Shown here: in pieces, positions 36,263 through 47,754 of the stretch | How the letters are laid out: each line of letters starts with the position of its first letter | How positions within the stretch are numbered: position 1 is the first letter of the stretch | Assembly: GCF_000315625.1 (NCBI RefSeq) | Contig: NW_005434598.1 | Location: 214,809 to 278,808 of the forward strand | From: Guillardia theta CCMP2712 | Lineage: Eukaryota > Protista > Cryptophyta | Direction: 5' to 3' | DNA length: 64,000 nt | Notes under the pieces: model-generated | Database searches by the model: none | The model's input: the letters and a program-made list of their open reading frames with translations, nothing else | What the model was told of the DNA's origin: nothing | Program-made: the position numbers and the translations under genes

Positions 36263-38435
36263 ATGAATGAACTTTTTCTCCTTCTGCAAGTTTTGTTACT
36301 CATTGGAACTCAACTGGCAACGGTGGAGAGTTTTCTCACTGCAGCTCCTTCTCTCCACCCAGTTGCTCAACACTTCTTTCCTGCAGCGAAAGGACCATCC
36401 TCCGCTCACATGGTGTGTCGTGCGAACGTCGGGACTCAGTTGGGCAACGGACAGTATGCTCGGGCTTTCCTTGCCTTCAAGTCTCATCGGAGTGCGATGG
36501 GACGATGGAGAATGGATGTATCGAAGTTGAAACTGTCTGAAGGAGGAGGAGGAGGAGAGGAGGAAGACACTGACATCGACATGGAGGTCAAGATCTACAC
36601 AGCGATCAGTAAGATCGATCGTTTAGAGTGGAACAAGTGCTGCGAGGAGGCTGCAGGGAAGGGCAAGGAGAATCCCTTCCTCGCGTGGGAGTTTCTGAAC
36701 GCCCTCGAGGAATCTGGATCGGCTTCAGGGGCTTCGGGCTGGGCCCCCCACCACCTTGTTGTGCATGACAAGCACAGCAGTCGCATCCTTGCTTGCGCTC
36801 CTGTGTACCTCAAGGGCCACAGCTATGGGGAGTATGTGTTCGACCATTCCTGGGCTAGAGCATACAGGACGTTCTCCAGCGACAACTACTACCCGAAGCT
36901 GCAGTGCTGCGTGCCTTTCACTCCTGTGATGGGGCCGAGGCTGATGGCGAGGGGCGAGACGGAGGAGGAGGCAAGGAGAGCGAGGAGGGCGCTGGCTCGG
37001 GGGATGGTGGAACTGTGTAGTAAGTACGGGCTGAGCAGTGCGCATGTGACATTTCCCACCAAGGAAGACTGGGAGCTGATGGGCAGGCAAGGGTTCCTGC
37101 TGCGGACGGGGATACAGTACCACTGGAGGAACGAAGGGTACCAGAGTTTCGACGAGTTCCTGATGCGGCTGAAGCAGTCGAGGAGAAAGAGCATCAGGCA
37201 GGAGAGGAACAAGGTGGCGAAGGCGGGGGTGAGGGTGAAGGCTCTGACGGGAGAAGAGATTGAGGAGAGGCATTGGGATGCGTTCTATCAGTTCTACCTC
37301 AATACGGTAGATGAGAAATGGGGGCAGGCTTACCTGAACCGAAAGTTCTTCACCCTGTTGGGAAGGGAAATGGCAAACAAGGTCTTGCTCGTGGTGGCGG
37401 AGGAGGAGGAGACTGGAGAGCTGGTGGCGGGAGCGCTGAACCTCATTGGAGGAGACTGCCTGTATGGCAGGAACTGGGGATGTAGCAAGAAGTACGACTC
37501 TTTGCACTTTGAGCTTTGCTACTACCAGGTTCTTCTCCTCTCCTCCTCTCCTCCTCCCCTCCTCCCCTCCTTTCCTCCTCCCCTCCTTTCCTCCTCCCCT
37601 CCTCTCCTCCTCTCCTCCTCTCCTTTGTTTCGATTCGTCCTCAAGTTTTCTTTCCTTCCCTGCATTTCCCTTTTTCCTCTCCCCCCTTCCCCTCCCCTTC
37701 CGCCTCTCTTTCCACTCTGATCGCTACTCGTCGCCTCCTCCAGGCCATCGATGCCGCCATCCGCATGGGGCTTCAACGGGTGGAGGCAGGAGCGCAGGGG
37801 GAGCACAAGATTTCCCGCGGTTACCTCCCGACCTTCACTTACAGCGCTCACTTCATACGCGTTCCCAACTTTCGCAATGCTGTGAACCAAGCGCTGGTTC
37901 AGGTTCCTCCCTCTCCTCTCAACCCCTTCCCTCCTTCGAATCTTCCCTTCCCTTGCTCCATCTCTCCCCCCTTTTCTCAGTTGCTCCCTCCCTCCTCTCC
38001 CTCCCTCCCTTCTCCCTCCGTCCCCTCCCTCCTTCCCCTCCCCCCCTCCCTGCCTCCCTGCCTCCCTCCTTCCCATCCCTCCCTCCCTCCCTCCTTTCCG
38101 TCCTAGGACCTTATATGATCGTTTGCGGCAGGAAAGGGATCAGATCATTTATGCGTCTGCCATGCTCACACTGCAAGAGTCGCCATACAAGGTGAACCAA
38201 CACCGCAGCTCATCCTCACCGTGCTGACTCTCCTTTCTCCCCTTCCTATCATCTTCTGCTGTTACTCCACCTCCACCTCCACCTCCATCCTCTGATTCTG
38301 TCCTCCTCACGCCTTGTCCTCCCCCCCTCCCTCTCACCCTTAGTTGTACTTCTACTTATCTGCTCCCTCGGATTTCAGGAAGGAGCCGAGCAGCATCTGG
38401 AGTCTCAAGGCATTCGCATTCAGAAATCTCAATGA
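36263..38435 (+). CDS. FemAB-like / DUF482 GNAT-fold (aminoacyl-transferase-like) protein, probably plastid-targeted; 4 exons
   Basis: NPFLAWEFLNALEESGSA, YLKGHSYGEYVFDHSWA, YYPKLQCCVPFTPVMGPRL, QYHWRNEGYQSFDEFL, LYGRNWG, LHFELCYYQ|AID, EAGAQGEHKISRGYLP. N-terminal signal ...LATVES|FLTAAP. Confidence 0.92.
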
Positions 38436-38610
38436 TCTTTTCATGTCGTCGTTGTATTTAAACAGCACAAAGAAATAAAGCAAATAAACAAATTACAATA
38501 CATCCCCAGCAATCCTGTGTCTGCACTCCCTACCCTTCCACCTTCTGTTTTTTCTTGTTGTCTATCGCACGCATGTCAGTCTTTCCAACCTTTCTCTCTC
38601 TTCAACTTAC

Positions 38611-41600
38611 TCATTCAACCCAGAAGGTTTCCATGTCTCCCTTGCCTTTGATCTGCCGCACGCCTCGGCTGGTGATGCGAAACTCGCTCTCCCCTCCTTG
38701 ACTCTTGAGGAGATCAGCAGAAAACTTGGAGCAGTGGATGCGGCCAGCCTATTAAAATCATCACGATCTACAGAATTGAGAGGCAACCAACACGGCAAGA
38801 AGGAGAAGGAACATACAAAGCAGGACAACGGGGATCTTTTTGCCTACCTCGGAGTTTGACTCCATCCTAGAAGCTGTGTTCACTGTGTCTCCGAACAAGC
38901 AGTAGCGCAAGTTTCTGCTGCCTACCACGTTGGCCACGACAGGACCGGAGTGGAACCCGACACGGATCTGCACGTAGCCCTTGGAAGGATCGTCGCGGTC
39001 GATGAGGGTCTCGGACGCACACTGAACTGCGAGCTTTGCGAACTGAGCGATGCGGAGGGCGTGATCTTCCTTCTGATCCTCGACGAGGTTGGTCACTGCC
39101 ATGTAGGCGTCGCCGATGGTCTCAACTTTGAAGATCGCGTGGTCGTGTGTGATGTTATCGAATCGGGAGTAGAGACGGTCTAGCATGTCCGAGATCTTCT
39201 CAGGAGGGAGAGTCGAGCTGATGTCCGTGAAGCTGACGATGTCGGAGAAGAAGATGGTGACGCAGTCTCGGTGCTCGGGATACACCTTCTTGCCCGCCAT
39301 GAGAGTGTCTGCAATGTGCTTTGGGAACACGTCGTAGAGCATCGAAGTCACTCCGTTGTTGCTGCCAAACTCAAACTTGCGGACGATCTCACAGACCTGA
39401 GCATGTTGAACCATCTCAGAAGCGTAGGGGAAGAACGGCTGCGCGCTCGCTGAGAACATGCTGCGAAGAGCCTTGCAGATCTCTTTGAACTGGATCTTCT
39501 CGTTACGGAACAAGGCACGCGAGGCTTCGTTGAAGTTGTCGGAGAGTCCGAAGTAGAAATCATCATTCAAGTACTCGGCAAAATCAAAGTCCTTCTCGAT
39601 GGGAACTGGGATCACAGGCTTGCGTGTGCGGTACGCGTGCACAATGTGCATGATGACCTGGGGGTTTGTGAGCGTGTTGTCTGTCAACAGTACAACAAAG
39701 TTCTGAGCATTCTCCATGTGGCGCAGGAGGGAAGACATCTGAGCTTCTTCCTCTTCAAAGTAGGTGAATCCACGAGCAAAAGGGATGATCTCGTCAAAGA
39801 GCAGCTTCAAGATCCTTGCTGTGGCCCTGCCGTCTCCCTGGTCGAAGACGAGGTAGTTGGAGTAGAGCGATGGAGTATCGGAGGAAGGCATGAAAGTCCT
39901 CACTGCATCAGGTGTTGAAAGCCTCAGCTTGTACTCATTGGAGAAATCTCCGCAAGACAGCACGACATTCTTAGCCACGGCCTGCAGCTGAGACCACTGA
40001 GAAGCCTGTCGGGCGGACGGGTTGTAAACCATCCTTGGAAGCTCGAGGATCCACCTGATGACTGTCTCCACATCCTCAAAGGTCTTGTTCTGCTTGCAAG
40101 CTTGAGACACGTACACGAGTGTGTTCTCGTCGACGTGAAGATCCAGGTACTCCCTGAGGTTCTCGTTGCTGACGTTGAAACCAGCCCCTTCAATCTCAAC
40201 ACTCAGAATCGGGATGTTCTTATCAATCGCTGTGAACAGCTCACACAGGATGCCAGCACGAAACAGCACAGACTCGCTGAGAAGCACAAGGACACTTTTG
40301 GACTTGGAGACGCGATCGAGAAGGCTAGACTGGCTCTCAGAGTTGTCACTCTCGAGGAAGACCCGTGGGTTGTAGAGCTTGCCCTTGTTGTCTGATTCAT
40401 TCGAGACATCCTCCACTTGGACAAGTTTGTTCAGCATCAGCTTGATCAGACGAGCTGCCAGCCCAGACTCGTCCGTCCCGTGGCAAAGGAATGTCACATA
40501 AGGACAATTCGCGATCTCCTCTTGGAATTCGTTGAACAGAATACCATTGCCGGCGGATTTTACCGATTTTTCCAGAGCTAGATTCCTCTCGGCAAGCTCA
40601 GCAGCGTGGTCCATCAATCTGTTCTGAATCTGCACGTGGATCTCATCTTGATACAGCTTGAGCTCCGTTGCAGTCTCAGGATGCAACGTCATCCACTTCC
40701 AGATCCTCTTGACTGTGCAAAGCTCGAGAAACTTTGAAGTCTTCGCTTCGTCTTCTTCTTCGCTCTCAACTTCTCGATGCGTCTTGAAACTGAGAGTAGC
40801 AACAAGATTCCTCAAGTCTGTCCACCTTCGCCACGCGTTGTCTTCGTACTTCCTGTCTTTCTCCAAACTTGAGATCTGATCAATGACATCATCTGTTTTA
40901 GTGACTGACGCATATAGCGGAAAGATCTCTTGACAATACTGATCTTGCTCAGCCTGCGTCCTCCCGCACGTGCAGTCCTCAAGCTGATGCACGCGGAAAC
41001 CAAGCTCATGTGCAGCGCGTCCCGTGGAATCTATGCAAACGCTCGTGACGGCTCCACAAAGAACAACATCCGTCACTCGCTCTCGCTTGAGAAGCTCCTC
41101 TAGACAAGTTCCTGCAAACGCGTTCAGCCCTCGCTTCCCCGGGATCTGGATGATTCTGTCGCCGAACTGCGTGATCTCTGGGATGGTCTCGCTGCCTTTG
41201 TCTCCCATCTTGAAGGCCTGCACGTCCTTGATGACCTTGAGGATCCCGCTCGGCTCAAGGAGCTCGCTGTAGTCCTTGGTGAAGATGATCGGAGTCTCGA
41301 TGAAGAGCACGCTTGTGTCCTTGAGGCTGTTGATGATCTTGAGGGTGTTCCTTAGCACAGAGTCCGAGGATGCTTGGATGACCCCATGCAGCTTGCCATC
41401 CCTTCCGAAGTAATCTTTCTGGTATCCTATCAGCACAACGGCTGTGCGTGAAAACAGCGGCTGAGAACCAACCATGCTGTACGCTTTCTGCAAAAGAAGA
41501 TCAGAACAAGGAATGGGGGAACATACACCCTCCCAGCTTCAGCCTGCAAGATTTTGGACACAATGTCATCAGTCTTAGTGACTGACGCATATAGCGGAAA

Positions 41601-42164
41601 GATCTCATTGCAGTAGCATTCTTGCTCAGCCTGCGTCCTCCCGCACGTGCAGTCCTCAAGCTGATGCACGCGGAAACCAAGCCCATGTGCAGCGCGTCCC
41701 GTGGAATCTATGCAAACGCTCGTGACGGCTCCACAAAGAACAACATCCGTCACTCGCTCTCGCTTGAGAAGCTCCTCTAGACAAGTTCCTGCAAACGCGT
41801 TCAGCCCTCGCTTCCCCGGGATCTGGATGATTCTGTCGCCGAACTGCGTGATCTCTGGGATGGTCTCGCTGCCTTTGTCTCCCATCTTGAAGGCCTGCAC
41901 GTCCTTGATGACCTTGAGGATCCCGCTCGGCTCAAGGAGCTCGCTGTAGTCCTTGGTGAAGATGATCGGAGTCTCGATGAAGAGCACGCTTGTGTCCTTG
42001 AGGCTGTTGATGATCTTGAGGGTGTTCCTTAGCACAGAGTCCGAGGATGCTTGGATGACCCCATGCAGCTTGCCATCCCTTCCGAAGTAATCTTTCTGGT
42101 ATCCTATCAGCACAACGGCTGTGCGTGAAAACAGCGGCTGAGAACCAACCATGCTGTACGCTTT
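38611..42164 (-). CDS. Fusion protein: two isochorismatase-like (cysteine hydrolase) domains - two TIR-like domains - class III guanylate cyclase; 5' exon(s) upstream of 42164 uncertain
   Basis: Hydrolase fold: TAVVLIGYQKDYF..GKRGLNAF..GAVTSVCIDSTGRAA (x2, joined in frame across a 41-nt intron 41488-41528). TIR1: VTFLCHG..AARLIK..VFLESDN..SKSVLVLLSESVLFRAGILCELFTA..IPILSV. TIR2 degenerate. Cyclase: VTIFFSDIVSFT, FKVETIGDAYM, RYCLFGDTVNTASRMES; last exon AGRIHCS...IKGKGDMETFWVE*. Confidence 0.88.
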
Positions 42165-42190
42165 CTGCAAAAGAAGATCAGAACAAGGAA
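40890..42190. repeat. Direct tandem duplication (677-bp offset) of the isochorismatase exon including its splice acceptor
   Basis: ~41570-42190 is nearly identical to ~40893-41513; differences cluster at the coding 3' end (HGLG/HELG, ECYCNE/DQYCQE). Confidence 0.95.
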
Positions 42191-43573
42191 AACTAAAGCA
42201 ACCTAACACACAACTGCAGACAACAATGACTGCAACTAGTTTCACTGCATCCAAACAAATTGTTCTGCGATGGATTATTGTATCACAATGAAAAAGAAGA
42301 GTCAGACCATTGCTCTCTAAATCTGTTTTATACTTTGCCATTCATTTCTCTTCCTTGTCTATCTGTTCACCCCTCAAACCCTCTTCGACCATTCGCCTTT
42401 GCACTTCGTATGCCTTCTACTGTCTTCACTTCGTTTCCTCTCCTCTCTCCCTCTCATCTGCTATCGCTCGTCCTTTCCTTCTCTTGCTCATTAAACTCTC
42501 CTCGCTTCCTCCCTCCTCTCGATCCCCATCCCTGCTCTCCCTCCTCCTCACGGCCTACAGCAACATGGCGAGCGCCGTGAGGTTGGACTGTTTCGAAGGT
42601 TTTCACGGAAAGGTGGTACTATCCACTGGTCTTAGCTGAAACCAAAGAGTAAAATACTACAGATTTACTCTTATTGAGTAAACTTTAGTATTATATATTT
42701 TAGGTACTTGTGGATACTTTGTGGGTGTTTTCAAAACTTTTATCCCTAAATGTATATGCCCCCATGACCTGAACCTCACGCAGACGTCATTCTTTGTAGA
42801 TGGCTACCAAAATCTATGCTAATTTCGGGATACATATCGAAATAAGTGCAATTGATTCGAAATTTCCTTTGTAAGTGGTAGTAAAATAGTTCATATTTTC
42901 AAGTTTAAGGGTCAGATCACCTGAAAAGGAAGGGGTTAATCGACAAGACTCGCCAACTTGCGTTGGAAAGCACGGGGCAGCGGAGATTCTATCTGAAAAA
43001 AAGGGATGAGGGAAAATGTGGTCTTTTCGTTTTAGGCTTGACCTTCTTGCAGACCGGGTTCCGACCCTTTCCACTACCCCTGCCAAATCATGAACCCATC
43101 AAGCATGCCCAGATGATACCCCCCCAATAGACTAATAAATCACCGGTATATCCTACACCCCACCCCAGGATGAGGAAACTTACTATACACCACCCAGCCT
43201 GTATCAGGCTTTACCTTGTAACTATGTCCCTGTAACCCTACCCCCTTTGTACCCAGACACAATGACCCTACCAACTCTTTTTGAGATGATGGTGACATAC
43301 CCCCCCTTGTCCTCTTCAAAATCAGGTCGATACAACAGGTTCACAGCACAACATCTGCACCCCCACCCCCCCTTGTTGTACAACCACCCTACTGGAAGAT
43401 TACCTGTAACATGTGAGTGAAGCAGATGACGGTACATTGTAGCATAATGTGTGCTGGGATGGTACCTTTGACAGTACTGTGATTTTAGTCATATATCTTA
43501 TAATCTTATATAACGCTCTCACGGCACACCCTTTGAGTCACCACAGGAACTTGCTTGACGGTTAGACGGTTAT

Positions 43574-44623
43574 TCAAACCTCAAGCCCTCTCCAATAGAG
43601 GCAGAGTTGCGCTGGGGGTCTGGTCTGCTGGGAGGAAGCGACTCCGAGGCTCCATGCAGGCCTCTCAGGGCACACGGCCTTGCATACTCCCCCGCCTGTA
43701 CCGTCTGACTCATTCACCTCAAACTTGCTCTTGTGCGACGTCGGACCATCTCCTCCCGCCCTCCCTCCTGCCTTCGCCGGCGGGCTCCTCAGCGCCTCCT
43801 CGAGCCTCCTCGCTGTCGCCGTCTGCTGTAGAGCCGATAGAGCGCTCTCCGCCATACCCTGTAACCCCGAAAGAGGATTCGCCGCTCTCGGAGTCCCGCC
43901 GGGGATGCACTCGGAGGCTCCGCCGTGACGGCCTTGCACTCGAGCTCCCAGTATCTTGCGACTCTGACCTGGTCGTCGTCGTACGAGCCTGGGCTCAAGT
44001 TGTCAGGGCCTGATTGCGGCACGAGGGCCGACGCGTCCGATCGACGCGGCCGACTCGGAGCAATGCGGCTGTTGACGGTTGAGAATCGGACTGTATTCCT
44101 TTGAGTCTCGAGGGTCTGAAAGAGCTTCATGAGATCAGAGCTGATGTCGTCGGGGACAAAAGTCCAGCTTGTCGTTTGCTGAACACTAGCTGGTGGATCA
44201 GCCGTGGGATTGCTGATTTGTGATTTGATGTCGATGTTGCCTCTGTCTCGTTTGATGGCCGGGTCGTAGGGCTGGAGATGCTTGACGGGCTGGGGGATCT
44301 TTGACAGGCTGCTTTCTCACCACGGCCTCAAGCTCTGAGATCCTTCTTGTCGCTTCTTCCAACCTCTGCTTGAGTAGCGAGTCATCATGACCCTCCTCGG
44401 GCTTCGGCTTCGGACGACAGAGAAGCTGGGGAAGCAACTCATATCCCTTTCTCAGCCCAGGCCCGGAGAAACCTGCTACAGGAGCTTACATCAGCCGGCT
44501 TCAGATATCCCAGGCTCTACTGGTGACCTTCGAGAGTCCGACTCACTGCACTCTGAGGCCGCGGCTCAGCGGCACACAGTGCACCCGTGTGATGATACCG
44601 TACTCTTCCTCCCTTTTGGACAT
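43574..44623 (-). CDS. Hypothetical small multi-exon gene with a coiled-coil segment
   Basis: Exon-like DDSLLKQRLEEATRRISELEAVVRK and DLMKLFQTLETQRNTVRF; no family recognised. Confidence 0.3.
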
Positions 44624-46478
44624 GCGGGTATAGTCCAGCAACTGAGCGATAGTGCACTTAGGAGTAGAACAGATGAGGAATGAAGCTAGATTTGTTGATG
44701 TACAGCAGTAAGAGAACACACGTCAATGTTCGTGCAGTCCCACTCTGACGACGTGGCCAACGTCTAAGATGGGTTATATGTCGAGGTCAGGCTTAACTCG
44801 TAATACACCATGAGTAAATGAAACATGTGTATCGGTTTATACCAGCCTCATGCTTTCATCATACCATTTATACATCTCGCCAGCGTACGTAGCCTCTTGC
44901 GACTACTCGCATGATGCTGCCATGTCCGTTACCGTAGTACTGACGTAACGTCATCATGTGCAGGTGCAACATCACCTTTTTCTTATGTCTGCCGGAGAGT
45001 CTATTCCGAGGCTCAGCCTGCCACAGTGGCCCGGGTTCAAGTGATCGGATCATGATCAGACCTAGTATTCAGTGAATCATACTGACTTAAATTAGGCTCT
45101 CTCTTGCTGCACTGCCGAAGTGCCATACCTTATGAACTTCGGAAGGCGGAGTCAGTCTCTTTCGATGATTCCGAGACCGCCGTGGCACTGACCGCAACAG
45201 TGCTCTGCTCAGCGGCTGGGCGGCCCTGGGCCAGCTAACGGTTCAACCTCGCCCATGCCGTCATGCGCCGCGCCGCCGGGCGGGGGGCTCCGCAGGCCTC
45301 CGAGTCAACAATCGGACTGTCACTGTGAACTGCAACAAGTTGCGGCAGCATCAGTGCCTGAGGAGGGCAAGAAATTCTGCCCTTTCTGCTATCTTTACTC
45401 AAAGTTAAGTTAAAAATCAGTAGGAGGACGCTCCGACCTCTGCGATGATAACCCCTTCAAGTACAGTGGGGAAAAGAGGGTGGGTGATCTACCCCACCTG
45501 TCCCTGTGCCTCAAAATCACCCCCTTGGAACACATATCAACCCCGCCGTTGTGAGTTCTTCTTGATCACCCCATCTTTTTTCAAGGAAAACTACCGGTAC
45601 TGGATTCAAATCTACCCACCCCGGCTGGTCTCTGAGTCCGCGCCGTTATCACCCCTACCACACATACGACATCTTGAGGCCTTTCACTACCCCAAGAATG
45701 ATAGGGAACAGTATGGGTACTTCGAGTTTCCATAGGTACCCCCACCCCTTCTTGTTGAAGCCGCAGACAATCAGCAATCAATGGCTGCCGACTCATTGCA
45801 GCGCTTGACGGCATGAGGGAAGTGAAGAGAGAAATTGAGAATGTCGTCGAGAGTGCGAAACGAATACCAGAAAGACCAGGGTATGCTGAATGGTTAACTT
45901 ACGTGAATGAAAGAGGATGGAACAAGAGCGGAACTAGGCAGGAAATGAGACACGAATACTTGTCGTGGTAGTGATGCTGCTAATTAGGTGAGAAGAAACG
46001 TACAGGATAAGAGGGAGGATAGGAACACTGCAGAGCAGTTAGAAACATATTAGAGATTTAGCGAGGAGGTTTGAAATTGGCAGTGATGAAGCACTTTCAT
46101 GTGGTTGCGTTTGTCGATTGGAACAAACCATCATTTCAGATTGTTTTGGTTTGCGATGATTGTATTGGGATGAGAACCTGCTCTTGACTCAACTGTATAT
46201 TATGACAAATAATGCCTTGAGGAGTCAATGCACTACAATCATGTTTTTAAGACCTGGATGCGAAGCCCATATCCTGCACTGAATACGAGTTCATTTTTTT
46301 TTTTTGAAACCGTTGAACTGAACATTTGCAAGTCAACACTACATACTGCTACAAAACTGAGCATAACATGACGCTTGCTCACAGGATCAGCTTGTGAGTG
46401 AGGAAGAAACAGGTCGCCGGCTCAGCTCGGCGCGTATCGTCAGTCAAGCTGGATCCTTACGCTCCCGTGTCCGCGGGA

Positions 46479-46991
46479 ATGTGGACTTATCCACCTGGGT
46501 ACCCTCCACCTCCTGCAGGATGGCCTTATCCAGCTCAAATGCATGGCTATCCTCCCTATCCAGTTCCTTATCCCATGATGGTTGGTGGATATCCAGCTCC
46601 CCCGCAACCAGGGCGGCCAGGGAAGATGCCTGAAGTTCCTACAAAAGGTCGTAGAAGGAGGAAAAAGATCGCGCAGGTATTGTATATCTGCTCAGTAAGT
46701 ATCAGGCTCTAAGAGGTTTTTATCTAGGGTGGACCAAAGAAACCAGCAACGTCGTTCGTCATGTTTTCTAACGCTCACAGAGAGGAGGTGAAGGCTGCCA
46801 ACCCTGGCCTCTCGTTCATCGACGTGGGGAAGAAGCTTGGCGAGATGTGGAGGGAGATGGATCCCACTGTGAGGAAGGAGTGGGAGGATAGGGCCACAGC
46901 GGCCAAGGACGAGTATCTGGAAGCGAAGAAGATCTGGCTTGCTCAACGAGCTGCTGGAATGGCTGCAGGTGCAGAGAATCTTGAAGACTAG
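46479..46991 (+). CDS. HMG-box protein (Nhp6/HMGB-like box) with Pro/Tyr-rich N-terminus, copy A
   Basis: MWTYPPGYPPPP...RRRRKKIAQ|GGPKKPATSFVMFSNAHREEVKAANPGLSFIDVGKKLGEMWREMDPTVRKEWEDRATAAKDEY. Confidence 0.9.
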
Positions 46992-47471
46992 AAGGCGACT
47001 AAAGAGGATTTTGACGAAATCTCTACTGATATGTAACTCTGGAAGATTCCAAGGACTAATGTAATCGTAATTGAATACTTCAATTGATCAATTGCTTTAT
47101 GATATAAAACACTAATGTGTTGTTGACTGGTTGCTTGAATCAGATAACTGATATTGCAATTTACACACAAATTTGTGATGTGAATGAATAGTTTCAAATG
47201 TACAGAAATGTATATCAGAGGCACTTCAGTCTCCATAAAGTCCACTCTGAACAGAACGATGCTCGAGCCAGATCTTCTTCGCTTCCAGATACTCGTCCTT
47301 GGCCGCTGTGGCCCTATCCTCCCACTCCTTCCTCACAGTGGGATCCATCTCCCTCCACATCTCGCCGAGCTTCTTCCCCACGTCGATGAACGAGAGGCCA
47401 GGGTTGGCAGCCTTCACCTCCTCTCTGTGAGCGTTAGAAAACATGACGAACGACGTTGCTGGTTTCTTTGG
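46734..47471. repeat. 206-bp inverted repeat (46734-46939 / 47266-47471) covering the HMG boxes
   Basis: Arms identical except one visible synonymous difference (cttggc vs ctcggc). Confidence 0.95.
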
Positions 47472-47754
47472 GGCTCCCTGGGAAAGCAACTTAGTCTCGT
47501 TTCGATGTTCAGTAGATGTGAAAAAATACCTCAGCTTTCGCTTGTTTGTTTTTCCTTCTTCTCTTTGTTTTCCCGCCTGGCATTTCTTTTCCAGCTGGCA
47601 GCATGGGAATGGGTGGAGGCATCATGGGCGCATAATATGGGTAAGGAGCAAAATGCGGTGGCTGCATTCCTGGGTAAGCATACATCATAGCTTGAGGAGG
47701 GAGCCCCATAGGTGGTTGGTGCGGTGCACCAGGATGTCCAGGCCAGGCCCACAT
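47226..47754 (-). CDS. HMG-box protein with Pro/Met-rich N-terminus, copy B (convergent with copy A)
   Basis: MWAWPGHPG...KRRRKNKQAKAE|GAPKKPATSFVMFSNAHREEV..., same box sequence and equivalent intron position. Confidence 0.9.

Noticed and set aside
36725-37507. Long antisense ORF (also 33671-34399, 27239-27610 and 53293-54344)
   Set aside because: Shadow ORFs of GC3-rich genuine genes on the opposite strand
40890-42190. Possible LTR pair or transposon direct repeats
   Set aside because: The repeat is a protein-coding exon with no internal element, PBS or TSD
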